In this document: in pieces, positions 1 to 9,881 of the stretch
Numbering within the stretch: the first letter of the stretch is position 1
How the letters are laid out: every line of letters begins with the position of its first letter
Assembly: GCA_965208575.1 (NCBI GenBank)
Contig: CBDBOV010000005.1
Span: forward strand, 480,001 to 544,000
Origin: Spirochaetia bacterium
Lineage (GTDB): Bacteria; Spirochaetota; Spirochaetia; SZUA-6; Bin103
Direction of reading: 5' to 3'
DNA: 64,000 nucleotides
Translations under genes and position numbers: made by a program
The notes under the pieces: model-generated
What the model was told of the DNA's origin: nothing
Seen by the model: only the letters and a program-made list of their open reading frames with translations
Databases searched by the model: none

Positions 1-1
1 T

Positions 2-469
2 GCGAGCCCTCAGTTGCTGCAGGAGCAGTGGTGAGATTCGATAGCCGCATTCGGCCATTCGTTGAACTACGTCCTCGGCGCTGTCGACGATCGATCTCCG
101 TTCAGCCAGATGCAGCACGCGTGCGGTTCCGATGTAGGTCAGTCCATGCCGCGTCGCCTCGCGCCGTGCCAGTCGATCGTCCACGATCAGCAACGCATCC
201 GCCGTTCCGAGTGCCAGTTGTAGCGCCTCGACTTCGCCGCGTCCGAGGCTCCGAGGAAGAGGTGGGCTTGTAGTAACCGACACCACGTTCAGCCAGCCCT
301 CGTTCGCGGCCTGTTCGATTCGACGGCTGTCCTCGTCCGCCTTCGCGCTGCATTCGAGCCAGACGGCCTCAGGAATCCAGAGGCGGGAGAACAGCTCTCT
401 TGCAATGAACAACGAATCGGCCTTGGCGAGAGCGATCAAGGGGCCGGCATCGCTTATGACGCGAGCCAC
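2..469 (-). CDS. DUF3368-like PIN-domain protein (runs off the left edge)
   Basis: Translated by hand because it is missing from the ORF track: GTG start, MARVISDAGPLIALAK...LGRGEVEALQLA...LLIVDDRLARREA. Overlaps the stop of the upstream UPF0175-like gene. Confidence 0.8.
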   Translation of the reverse strand, partial: MARVISDAGPLIALAKADSLFIARELFSRLWIPEAVWLECSAKADEDSRRIEQAANEGWLNVVSVTTSPPLPRSLGRGEVEALQLALGTADALLIVDDRLARREATRHGLTYIGTARVLHLAERRSIVDSAEDVVQRMAECGYRISPLLLQQLRAR

Positions 470-792
470 GGAGTGACATCGCCGCGTTCGCTGTCCGTGG
501 TTTCATCATGCCGGACGATCTCAATGCCCAGGCCGCCGAGATGCTGGACAAACTCGCTCAACGGAAGCCCGCTGATTCTCGCGGCCTTGCCCAGCGACAC
601 ACTGCCGCCGCTGTAGAGACTGGCCGCGAGGGCCGGGCGCACGCCTGCCTCGGTCTCGGTCAGCGACCTGTCCAGGTGTATCAGCAGGGCGTCCGGTTCG
701 TTACCCTTCAGGATCAGAACCGGCCCCTCCCTTGCCCGCCGCAACGCCAGCGACGGGTTCTTCTTCAACTCGCGGACATTCGTGGTGTGCAT
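454..792 (-). CDS. Antitoxin with Phd/YefM-like N-terminus and UPF0175-like C-terminus
   Basis: MHTTNVRELKKNPS (Phd-like) followed by SVSLGKAARISGLPLSEF (UPF0175-like). Paired with the DUF3368-like gene. Confidence 0.75.
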   Translation of the reverse strand: MHTTNVRELKKNPSLALRRAREGPVLILKGNEPDALLIHLDRSLTETEAGVRPALAASLYSGGSVSLGKAARISGLPLSEFVQHLGGLGIEIVRHDETTDSERGDVTPWLAS

Positions 793-926
793 CGCGCCGT
801 CTCGCTCCTCCCCAGTAGTACCTACATAGTGTAGTCTACATATCGTGGGAATGGAAGGCGCCGCAGGATCTCGACGCCGCGGGAGACGTATTGGTATAGA
901 ACCACAAATACGGTAGTATTGGGCCA

Positions 927-1193
927 ATGAAAACCACCATCGATCTTCCGGATGCCCTGTACCGGAAAGCGAAGATCCGCGCGGCCGAGCGCGGCACCAC
1001 GCTGCGCGCGTTGCTCACCGAGTCGCTGGAGGCCCACCTCCTCGAACCGCAGGCGCCGGGTCCGGAGCTTCCGCAACGGGACCGGTTCCGCACCGATGAG
1101 CGCGGCTGGCCGGTTCTGCAGCGGCCGGCCGGCGACGACCGAGTGGTCACCGACGAGTTCATCAACCAGCTTCGGGAACAGGAGGGGGTGTAA
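927..1193 (+). CDS. vapB: Ribbon-helix-helix antitoxin (VapB-like)
   Basis: MKTTIDLPDALYRKAKIRAAERGTTLRALL is an RHH pattern; lies directly upstream of a PIN gene. Confidence 0.8.
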   Translation: MKTTIDLPDALYRKAKIRAAERGTTLRALLTESLEAHLLEPQAPGPELPQRDRFRTDERGWPVLQRPAGDDRVVTDEFINQLREQEGV

Positions 1194-1199
1194 CCTGGC

Positions 1200-1637
1200 A
1201 TGGCGTTCCTGCTCGATGTGAACGTCTTGATCGCGCGCATCGACCCTCGGCACGAGCACCATGAAAGGGTGATCCGCTGGGAACACGACAATGCGGCCGA
1301 ACATCTCGTTACCTGCCCGCTGACGCAGAACGGGTTCGTCAGGATCTATGGCCATCCGGGATATCCCGACGGGCCCGGTTCACCCGCCGAGGCGCTGGTA
1401 GAACTGCGCCACCTGCTCAATCTGCGCACGCACCGTTTCGTCTCCGATTCGCTCTCGTTGTCCGATACGAGGGTGTTTGGCTCTCTGGCCGGCATCACCC
1501 CGAAGCAGCTCACCGACGTATACCTCCTCGGACTGGCGGTCAGCGAAGGAATCGACTTCGCCACCACCGACTCCCGGGTTCGCCATGAAGCCGTCGTTCG
1601 CGGCGAGCAGCGGCTGCACGTGATCCCGTACGGGTAG
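1200..1637 (+). CDS. vapC: VapC-family PIN ribonuclease toxin
   Basis: FLLDVNVLIA...QLTDVYLLGLA...FATTD carries the PIN acidic motifs. Confidence 0.85.
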   Translation: MAFLLDVNVLIARIDPRHEHHERVIRWEHDNAAEHLVTCPLTQNGFVRIYGHPGYPDGPGSPAEALVELRHLLNLRTHRFVSDSLSLSDTRVFGSLAGITPKQLTDVYLLGLAVSEGIDFATTDSRVRHEAVVRGEQRLHVIPYG

Positions 1638-1671
1638 TAGGGGATGGCAACTCGCGTGTAATCCGCCGCCG

Positions 1672-2562
1672 TCAGGTTCCTGTCCCGGCGAGGTGGTGGC
1701 CGGGGATTCGGTTCCAGGGGGCGGGGGCCGCGTTGCCGGCGTAGTCGGGCAGCAGGTGGCGGATGCGGTTCAGTTGTTCCGCCGGGAGGTCCGGAGGCGG
1801 GGCGGCGTAGAGGCGCTCCTGGAAGGCGGCGCGCAGCGCTTCGCTGAGTTCGTCGTAGCGCGGCAGGTACCACATGGTGATCACGGTGCGGCGGCGCGCG
1901 GTGGCGTTGCCGTGGGCGGCGTGCAGCAGGCGGGCGTCGCCGATCACCAGGTCGCCGGCGCGTACCGGCACCTCCACCTCGTCGGGATGGCGACGGTAGG
2001 CGGGGGAGGTGGCCGGATCCTCGTGCCGCACGGTGTCGTCGTGGCCGGTGCCGATGGCGTCGTGCACGTCGCAGCGCAGGCGATGGGAGCGTGGCAGCAG
2101 CCGCAGGCAGCCGTTCTCGGGCCGCGTGTCCACCAGGTACCACATCAGGAACAGTTGGTGCGGCAGCGGGTCGGCGCTGACCGGATCGTCCCAGAACGGC
2201 CAGTCCTGGTGCCAGTAGAGCTGGCTCGAGTGCGGCTCCTTGGCGATCACGAAACCGCTCCAGTAGCGCGGGCGCGGAAAGCCGAGCGCATGCAGCGCCT
2301 GCCATGCCTCCGGCAGGGCGATCAGCTCCGCGAACACCGTATCCTGGTGCTCCATGGCGAAGATGCTGCCCTGGCCGCCGGAGCGCTGCTTCTGTTCCTC
2401 GCCGAGGGCGTCGAGCATGCGGCCGGTGACGATGCGCAGCCGCAGCAACAGTTCTGCCGGCAGCAGCCCGCGCAGCACGCAGAACCCCTGGTCGACCAGT
2501 TGGCTGCGCCCCGCCGCCAGCGCGACGTGTGCGTCAACAAGGCTCTCGGTCGCCGTCCTCAC
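1672..2562 (-). CDS. Phytanoyl-CoA dioxygenase (PhyH) family Fe(II)/2OG oxygenase
   Basis: Motifs WHQD (HxD), ENGCLRLLPRSH, AGDLVIGDARLLHAAHGN and RR. Confidence 0.85.
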   Translation of the reverse strand: MRTATESLVDAHVALAAGRSQLVDQGFCVLRGLLPAELLLRLRIVTGRMLDALGEEQKQRSGGQGSIFAMEHQDTVFAELIALPEAWQALHALGFPRPRYWSGFVIAKEPHSSQLYWHQDWPFWDDPVSADPLPHQLFLMWYLVDTRPENGCLRLLPRSHRLRCDVHDAIGTGHDDTVRHEDPATSPAYRRHPDEVEVPVRAGDLVIGDARLLHAAHGNATARRRTVITMWYLPRYDELSEALRAAFQERLYAAPPPDLPAEQLNRIRHLLPDYAGNAAPAPWNRIPGHHLAGTGT

Positions 2563-2846
2563 CCAATCTTCTCCCGCGCCGCGCCGGGCCGAGTCGAGCA
2601 GCAGCCCAGACGCTCAAGTTCGCTCCACCGTATCGAGACCAACCTGAGGTTGCAAACCAGAGGCGCTCCTCGCTGCCCTGCCGCCGGGTGCGAACGCGTG
2701 AAGCGGTAGGCAGATAGCATCCACATCGTAGCGAGGGAGACTGCGAAGGCGATGCGAGCTGGAGCGGCGGCGCGATCATGCGTGGCGTCACAGGTCTCCA
2801 CGATGGCGCGATCACGTACCGGCGCGACGGCTCGCGTCATGCGACT

Positions 2847-3564
2847 TCACGGTGCGCCCGGGTTCTCACTCGGCACACTCGCCGGGTGGGCATGGCGCGG
2901 AGCGTGGCGCAACCTGTGTTGGGCACGGCACCGAATTCTGAGGTTCCACAGCTCGGTAGCGCCGCCGAGCGCGAACGGCACCACGTGGTCGATCTCCAGC
3001 CGATAGCGGGAACCGCAGCGCCGGCCGCTGTGCGGGTCGACATAGCTGCAACAACCGTTGTCGCGGCGCCACACCTCGCGCCGCACGGCCACCGGGATGT
3101 ACCGTGAGCGGGAGCCCGGCGACGCGCCGAAGCCGTTCAACGCGGCGAGGTGCCGCGCCAGGGCCGGCGACCGCTCCACCGCGCCTTGCCCGGCTGCGTA
3201 CGCCAGCCGCTCCGCCGCCGAACTCGTGAACCGGTCGTGGCCCCGTACCGGTGCCCGCGAAGCGCCGCGTTTGCCGGCATCGAACTGCGCTCCCGCCGCG
3301 CCCCGGCCATCGTCGTCGGCCCGCCCTGGCCGGTTCGCCGGCGAAGCAGCCCGGCCGCCGTTTCCGTGCATGGCCTTCGGTTGCCCGCATGCCTGCTCGG
3401 TCTCCCGACGGCGGTCCGGCGCGGGAACGGCGGCGCCACAAAGGCGCTCCGCTACCTCGATGTGCGCGTCCTCATCCTGCGCGACCTGCTTCGCCGGCGG
3501 AGTGGTGTGCCCGCCGCTGCTGCGCACCACCGCGGACTTCGTGCTGCCGGCCTCGGCTTCCGTA
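2847..3564 (-). pseudogene. 5'-truncated HNH endonuclease
   Basis: SRYIPVAVRREVWRRDNGCC...LEIDHVVPFALGG...NLRIRCRAQH. Similarity to the second copy (12.3-13.2 kb) stops at 3564, where SBP sequence begins. Confidence 0.8.
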
Positions 3565-4522
3565 GCTGAGGGCGCCGCTCATGCCAGAAGAGGCAACTCG
3601 TATCTCAGCGCTGCGCACGGGCAAGCTGGATATCATAGGAAATGTGGGAACCGTCAGCATTGCCAGTGTCGATGTCGTAAGGGGCCTCCGGAAGACCAAC
3701 CCCGAAATCGTCGTATCGCAGTACTTTCTACGGGCGCTTCAGTCCTTTGCCATGAACATTCGCAACGCGCCCTTTGACGACATCAGGGTGCGCCACGCGC
3801 TGCAGATGACAATGGACCTGGAGACGATCAACGACACCTACTATGACGGTTTTGCAAGCTGGGTGCCCATGGGGCTGAGCCGGGTCCCGGAGTATCACCG
3901 GCCGTTTGAAGAGTGGCCCGAAGAGCTCAAGCAATACTACAGTTATGACCCTGAAGGTGCCGAGACGCTCCTGGATGAGGCCGGCTACCCGCGCGGCGCA
4001 GATGGCGTTCGATTCAAGACCACCCTCCAGCACCGCGACGTCATAGACTTGGGCTACACGGAGATTGCTGTGGGCTTCTGGGCTGATATTGGCGTTGACG
4101 TAACGATTGATATCATTGACACGGCAGCCCTGATCGCCAATAGAACGGACGCAAGTTATGAGATGATCACTGGCGACCTTGGTTTTTCTTTGGAGCCTGC
4201 CATTCTTGTAGGCTTCTATCGACCTAATCAGCACGTCTATGCGTTGACGGGCGGAGTCGAGACCCCCGAGTTGACCGCCTCCTCTGATGCCTTTTTTGCC
4301 GCTACAACCGTCGAGGAGCGGAAGAAAGCAGCCATAGATTTTGATATGGCCATAGTGCAACAGCACAATCAGATATGGGGTGCTCTGGCACCGCAGTTTC
4401 AGGCGAGCCAGCCATGGCTCAAGGGCTTCAACGGTGAAGTGGGGCTGGGAGCTATTGCAGGTCATCCTCTGATGGCCCGCCTCTGGATTGACCAGGATCT
4501 GAAGCGGGAGATGGGGTTCTGA
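3565..4522 (+). pseudogene. C-terminal half of a family-5 ABC substrate-binding protein
   Basis: PFDDIRVRHALQM, GYPRGADGVRF and WIDQDLKREMGF match the full paralogues. The N-terminal half and signal peptide are missing. Confidence 0.85.
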
Positions 4523-4623
4523 GGAAGGTCGCCGCAGGCGACTTGCAGCAGCGCTGTGCGCGGCTGCTCTGAGCAAGGGCGCCGGGAGCCCCGAGCTTCC
4601 CGGCGCCTGTTTCCCACGAAGAC

Positions 4624-5264
4624 ATGAGAGCCTACGTCATCCGGCGCCTGCTGCTGGTCGTCCCTACCCTGTTCATCCTGAGCGTGCTGGTGTTCCTGTC
4701 GGTCCGCTTCATCCCCGGCGACGTCATCGACAACATGGTCGGTCGCATGGATTACGCCGGCGGCGAGATCGACCGCGCGGCCATGGAACGCAGGCTCGGC
4801 CTGGATTTGCCGATCCACGTGCAGTACGGGCGCTGGATCGGCGACATCCTCCTGCGCGGCACCCTTGGCGAGTCGCTGCTGGGCGGTTGGCGGATCGAGC
4901 AGCGCATAATGGGACGACTGCCGGTCACCGCCGAGCTGGGCGCGCTGGCCATCCTCATCGGCCTGGTCATCGCGCTGCCGGTGGGCATCTACTCGGCGGT
5001 GCGCCAGTACACGGCCGCCGACTACCTGGGACGGTCGGTGGCCATCATGGGGCTGGCGACGCCCAACTTCTGGCTGGGGACCATGGTGATGATCTATCCT
5101 GCCATCTGGTGGGCTTGGTCGCCGCCGATGGAACTGATCCCGTTGGCCGGCTCATCCACGGGGCGCGGCTGTCGCTGTCGGTGGGGCTGGCCGCCACCGC
5201 GCTCACCGTCGTGGTGGCGGTGCTGATCGGCGGCACCACCGGCTTCATCGGCGGCCGAGAGTAG
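4624..5264 (+). pseudogene. Collapsed permease B / permease C chimera
   Basis: Permease B runs to ~5148, then jumps into permease C (ctcatccacgggg), then jumps again at ~5257 to the permease C 3' end (GRE*). Confidence 0.85.
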
Positions 5265-5318
5265 CGGGATCAACGCTATCGCGCTCAACGCCGAGATCGC
5301 AGACGGGTGACGGCGGGA

Positions 5319-5651
5319 TCAGGCCAGATCGGCGGGGAGCTCCACCACCGCCCGCCGTCCGAGCGCTCGTGCCCACTCGCGTACGAATCCGATCGTCGGA
5401 TTGCCGGTGAAGCGCTCGGCTTGGGAAATGGCCTGCTGCGTGCAACCGAGCCGCTCCGCGAGCCGGCCTTGGGTGAACCCGGCGGACTCTCGCGCCTCAC
5501 GCAGCAGGTAGCCCGGCGGATCGGTCTCCCAGGGCGGGACTCTTCCCCATCTGCGCAACGCCTTCCACTCTTCGTACGACCGAGGCTTGCGCCGGCTCAA
5601 GTGTGTCCGCGGCAACGCAGGACGCGCACGCGGAGCCACGTAAAACCTCAT
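5319..5651 (-). CDS. XRE-family helix-turn-helix protein
   Basis: LLREARESAGFTQGRLAERLGCTQQAISQAE; ATGA overlap with the upstream nucleotidyltransferase. Confidence 0.8.
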   Translation of the reverse strand: MRFYVAPRARPALPRTHLSRRKPRSYEEWKALRRWGRVPPWETDPPGYLLREARESAGFTQGRLAERLGCTQQAISQAERFTGNPTIGFVREWARALGRRAVVELPADLA

Positions 5652-6250
5652 GGGTTCGTGCGCGCCCATGTCTCCACCTCCGTGTGCGTCGGCTCTCGTG
5701 CGACGTGGGTTCGGGCGAAGGCCACGAGCGAGTCGAGCGCTGCTGACGCCTCGTTGCGTTCGGCAAGGGCGCGCAGTCGAGCAAGGTTCGGGCGGTGGTT
5801 TCCGCTCGACCACAACAGCCAAGCGTTGTAGCCATCGATCTCCGATCGCCAGAACTGCCATGCCGCGAGTCGGTCCACTATGAGCTCCTCCAGCCCGACC
5901 ACCACGACCGACGTGGTGCCTACGCGAATTGTCGCGACAACGTTCCCGCGATCCAGAGCGTCGTCGGGGAATTCGAGGAACAACCGGTGTCGCTCATGAA
6001 TCCAATGTCGACCACGGCGCTCGAATCCGGCCTCGCTCATCCGCTTGGCGACTGCCGCCGTCACGACTCCTACGAAATCCAGATCTCCGGTTCGATATGC
6101 GCCACCGGTGTACAGCTCGACCGCACCACCTCCCACCAGGGTGGGCACGGCATCGTCGATCGAGAACAGCGATTGAACCCAAGCGGCCACGGCAGCCACT
6201 CGATCCGGCCCGTCAGGTTTCCTGGCGGCTGCATCCAGACCCTCGCTCAC
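5648..6250 (-). CDS. Pol-beta-superfamily nucleotidyltransferase (DUF6036-like), putative TA component
   Basis: LVGGGAVELYTGGAYRTGDLDFV carries the GG...DxD motif. GTG start inferred at 6250. Confidence 0.7.
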   Translation of the reverse strand: MSEGLDAAARKPDGPDRVAAVAAWVQSLFSIDDAVPTLVGGGAVELYTGGAYRTGDLDFVGVVTAAVAKRMSEAGFERRGRHWIHERHRLFLEFPDDALDRGNVVATIRVGTTSVVVVGLEELIVDRLAAWQFWRSEIDGYNAWLLWSSGNHRPNLARLRALAERNEASAALDSLVAFARTHVAREPTHTEVETWARTNP

Positions 6251-6310
6251 AATACATGCATTGTACAGCGGGCGAGTGGGACCTGCAAGCGCATGCCCGC
6301 GTACGTAGCG

Positions 6311-6338
6311 CGTAACGGCGGTACCGGTCGCGATGGGC
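6311..6338 (+). repeat. Cassette-boundary repeat CGTAACGGCGGTACCGGTC.GATGGGC, copy 1
   Basis: Also found at 11857-11900, 14325-14368 and 18242-18285, with an 18-bp partial copy at 43356-43373. Confidence 0.85.
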
Positions 6339-6349
6339 CCCAGTCCGAT

Positions 6350-6378
6350 TTGACAGCTCGTTGCGCGTGGATTACGAT
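6350..6378 (+). promoter_or_regulatory. Sigma70-type promoter
   Basis: TTGACA-17 nt-TACGAT; conserved in the paralogous leader at 18327-18355. Confidence 0.7.
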
Positions 6379-6402
6379 GACTCCTTGTCGGAGAACACGC
6401 TA

Positions 6403-6690
6403 ATGTGGACGACGCAATTCCATGAGCACTTGAGGACGCCACCGGTTGACGGGACCGGTGTGTCCTATCCCCCTCCACCCCAAGCATTTACACGATTCGC
6501 ACTAGCTCTTCGCGCTGAGCGCGCGGGACGCCCCGCGCACCGCTTCGCCTGCACCACCGCTCACCCGACCACTCTCAACCCGCAGCGCCGGCGAGGCCGG
6601 TCACTCACATTCGCTGCGTCACCGGCGTCGGCCCCATGCGGCGCTCCAGGCTCAGGTCGGCGCACGCGTCAAGGGAGGTCCCGTATGTAG
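6403..6690 (+). CDS. Putative leader ORF (95 aa) upstream of an SBP gene
   Basis: GGAG lies shortly upstream of the ATG, and the frame stays open in the diverged paralogue at 18380-18673. Confidence 0.4.
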   Translation: MWTTQFHEHLRTPPVDGTGVSYPPPPQAFTRFALALRAERAGRPAHRFACTTAHPTTLNPQRRRGRSLTFAASPASAPCGAPGSGRRTRQGRSRM

Positions 6691-6799
6691 ACTCGGGGCT
6701 GTGGCCATCGCTTGCCGGGCACCGGCGATTGTGGGTGTACGTCGAGAGTGGGCGAAGGATGCACAGGGAAACCAGCACTCTCTATTACAAGGAGCAAAG

Positions 6800-8605
6800 A
6801 TGCGTTACGCATTCTTGAGAACATTCCTCGCCGGACTGTTCGGATTCGTCCTGACGGCGACCGGCGTGTGGGCAAGCCCGGCCGCCGAAGAGGAGCCGGC
6901 AGCCGCCATGGAGAAGGAAATGGTGACCGACCCCACCACCGGAAAGATGGTGACCGCGCCGGAGTACGGCGGGACTCTGACCTATCCGTATGTCATAGAA
7001 TTCGAAAGCGACCCCTTTGTTGTTGGCGGCGCTGCGGCCTACCTCATAGGCGGTGTCAATGAGAATCTCGCCCGGCCGAACTGGGGACTTGCTCGGGAAG
7101 AACTCGCCTTTAACGGGCCCTACGTTCCTCTGTTTGCTTTCACCGGGGAGCTGGCGGAAAGTTGGGAAACGCCCGACCCACTGACGTACGTATTCCACAT
7201 CCGTCAGGGCGTTCACTACGCTCTCGATCCAGACAGTGAGGCCAGTCGGCTGGTAGGTGGTCGAGAGCTCACTGCCGATGATGTCGTCTATACCTATCAG
7301 CGCATGACCGCTCGGGGTGACTTCACCGAACGTCCTACAATTTCCAGAGCAGCTATCGATCTGCCATGGGAATCGATAGAGGCCAGCGACAAATACACCG
7401 TTGTCATGAGGCTGACGGAGCCGTCGATCGGTGCGCTCGGGGCTATTATCAACGAAGGTTTGCACCAGATATTGCCTCGTGAGGTAATCGAGCAATACGG
7501 CGACTATACGGATTGGAAGAACGTGGTCGGCACCGGGCCCGTTATGCTGACCGACTACGTCGAAGGCGTCTCCAAAACCTTTACCAAGAATCCTGACTAC
7601 TGGGGCTTCGACGAAAAATACCCGGAGAACCGCCTGCCATATGTTGACCAGATAAGGGCCGTCCTTATAGCAGAAGAAGCAACACGGATATCGGCACTAC
7701 GCTCGGGTACGATTGATATGATACGCCTCTCTGGCGTCGAGATAAAGTCCCTCGACGTGGTAAAGGGCCTCCAGCGGACTAACCCCGACATTGCGATATG
7801 GCCATTTTACCAGCGGTCGCTGGATGCCATAACTCTGAACCCACAAAAAGCCCCCTTTGACGATATCAGAGTACGCCACGCGCTGCAGATGGCAATAGAC
7901 CTGGAGACGATCAGCGATACCTACTATGGTGGTTTCGCCGACTGGCAACCACCGCGCTTCATTGGCGCCAAGGGGTTTTACACTGAATGGGAAGAGTGGC
8001 CCGCAGAGCTCAAGCAGTACTACACCTACGACCCGGCAGGGGCTGAGAGGCTCCTTGATGAGGCAGGATATCCGCGCGGTGCGGACGGCGTCCGATTCAA
8101 GTTCGAACATCAGCACCGTGACATCGGGGATTTGGGCTATGTAGAAATAGTCGCCGGCTACTGGGCTGATATTGGCATTGATGTAACGCTTAGTATTCAC
8201 GAGTGGCCGAATCTCGCTGCTACTATGGCAGAAAGGAACTATGAGTCGATTTATGGCGGCATGGCCAGAGAGTCCCCGGACTGGGCCATGGGATTATATA
8301 ACTCGGACTCGGTTCGGCTACGCACATATGTGGGCGGAGTCGAGAACCCTGTGCTGGCCGCCACCCAAGCTGCCTATTTCGGCGCCACTAGCATCGATGA
8401 GCAGATGCAGGCGGCAAGCGAGCATGGCATGGAGGTGATAAGGCATCACTATGTGATATGGGGTCCTATGGCTCCAGGGTATCAGGCCAGCCAGCCGTGG
8501 GTGAAAGGCTTTAACGGTGAAACCTTGAACACAGTCCAGTATGAGCAAAACGTCCTCACCCGCCTCTGGATCGACCAGGATCTGAAGCGAGAAATGGGCT
8601 TCTGA
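6800..8605 (+). CDS. Family-5 (peptide/nickel-type) ABC substrate-binding protein
   Basis: Signal peptide; LAESWE, ELTADDVVY, VGTGP, KNPDYWG, PFDDIRVR; AAGGAG RBS. Confidence 0.9.
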   Translation: MRYAFLRTFLAGLFGFVLTATGVWASPAAEEEPAAAMEKEMVTDPTTGKMVTAPEYGGTLTYPYVIEFESDPFVVGGAAAYLIGGVNENLARPNWGLAREELAFNGPYVPLFAFTGELAESWETPDPLTYVFHIRQGVHYALDPDSEASRLVGGRELTADDVVYTYQRMTARGDFTERPTISRAAIDLPWESIEASDKYTVVMRLTEPSIGALGAIINEGLHQILPREVIEQYGDYTDWKNVVGTGPVMLTDYVEGVSKTFTKNPDYWGFDEKYPENRLPYVDQIRAVLIAEEATRISALRSGTIDMIRLSGVEIKSLDVVKGLQRTNPDIAIWPFYQRSLDAITLNPQKAPFDDIRVRHALQMAIDLETISDTYYGGFADWQPPRFIGAKGFYTEWEEWPAELKQYYTYDPAGAERLLDEAGYPRGADGVRFKFEHQHRDIGDLGYVEIVAGYWADIGIDVTLSIHEWPNLAATMAERNYESIYGGMARESPDWAMGLYNSDSVRLRTYVGGVENPVLAATQAAYFGATSIDEQMQAASEHGMEVIRHHYVIWGPMAPGYQASQPWVKGFNGETLNTVQYEQNVLTRLWIDQDLKREMGF

Positions 8606-8782
8606 GCCGACGGCTTCGCCGTTGGCTTAAGGAGTCGCTGCGCGACTCCAAGGAAACTGCCAGCGGCGGTTTCAATTGCAGGCGCGCCAGGCGCGCCTGC
8701 GCCGCAACTCTCAGGCGATTGAATCAGCGTGTTGGCCCCTCTCACCCCGGGGTGGGAGGGGCCGGGTCGCGGTGACTGGGTC

Positions 8783-9742
8783 ATGAGAGCCTACATCATC
8801 CGGCGGCTGCTGCTGGTCATCCCCACGTTGTTCATTCTGAGCGTGTTGGTGTTCCTGTCGGTCCGCTTCATCCCCGGCGACGTCATCGACGTCATGGCCG
8901 CCCGTATCGAGGCGATGGGCAGCGGCCAAGTCGACCGCGCGGCCATGGAACGCAGGCTCGGCCTGGACCTGCCGATCCACGTGCAGTACGGCCGCTGGAT
9001 CGGCGACATCCTCCTGCGCGGCACCCTTGGCGAGTCGCTACTTGGCGGTTGGCGGATCGAGGAGCGCCTGCTGGGACGACTGCCGGTCACCGCCGAGCTC
9101 GGGCTGCTGGCCATCCTCATCGGCCTGGTCATCGCGCTGCCGGTGGGCATCTACTCGGCGATCCGCCAGTACACCGCCGCCGACTACGTGGGACGGTCGG
9201 TCGCCATCATGGGGCTGGCGACGCCCAACTTCTGGCTGGGAACGATGGTGATGATCTACCCGGCCATCTGGTGGGCGTGGTCGCCGCCGATGGAACTGAT
9301 TCCGTTGGCCCAGGACCCGCTGGGCAACCTCGGCATGTTCCTGATCCCGAGCCTGATCCTGGGCACCTACCTGGCGGCCAGCACCATGCGCATGACGCGT
9401 ACCATGATGCTGGAGGTGCTGCGCCAGGACTACATCCGCACGGCCTGGGCCAAGGGTCTGCTGGAGCGGTCGGTGATCCTGCGCCACGCCGTCAAGAACG
9501 CGATCATCCCGGTGGTGACGCTGGTGGGCATGCAGCTCCCGATCCTGGTGGGCGGCTCGGTGATCATCGAGAATATCTTCAACCTGCCGGGGCTGGGGCG
9601 GCTGATGCTGGACGCGCTGGGCGACCGCGACTACCCGGTGGTGTCGGCGATAAACCTGTTCTTCGCCACGGTCGTGGTGTTGGTCAACCTGGTGACCGAT
9701 CTGCTGTACGCGTCGCTGGACCCGCGGATTCGCTACGAATGA
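8783..9742 (+). CDS. ABC permease (DppB/OppB-like)
   Basis: MRAYIIRRLL, EAA-loop DYIRTAWAKGL, C-terminal DPRIRY. Confidence 0.92.
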   Translation: MRAYIIRRLLLVIPTLFILSVLVFLSVRFIPGDVIDVMAARIEAMGSGQVDRAAMERRLGLDLPIHVQYGRWIGDILLRGTLGESLLGGWRIEERLLGRLPVTAELGLLAILIGLVIALPVGIYSAIRQYTAADYVGRSVAIMGLATPNFWLGTMVMIYPAIWWAWSPPMELIPLAQDPLGNLGMFLIPSLILGTYLAASTMRMTRTMMLEVLRQDYIRTAWAKGLLERSVILRHAVKNAIIPVVTLVGMQLPILVGGSVIIENIFNLPGLGRLMLDALGDRDYPVVSAINLFFATVVVLVNLVTDLLYASLDPRIRYE

Positions 9743-9881
9743 GAAGGAAGGCCACTCCGTGACCCGGAACAACAGGCAATGCGATGCGCAGGCAGCGCCC
9801 ACTGGCCAGCATTTCGGGTCAGCAGGAAACCCGATGCACGACGTTCGCCGGCTGGCGGCGCTGTTCGGGTGAGTCGGGCCG

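Noticed and set aside
6309-6368. Boundary motif as an integron attC site (CGTAAC...GTTGCGC)
   Set aside because: R-box-like complementarity is seen in one copy only, there is no L-box pairing, the RYYYAAC consensus is not met, and no integrase is present in the window.
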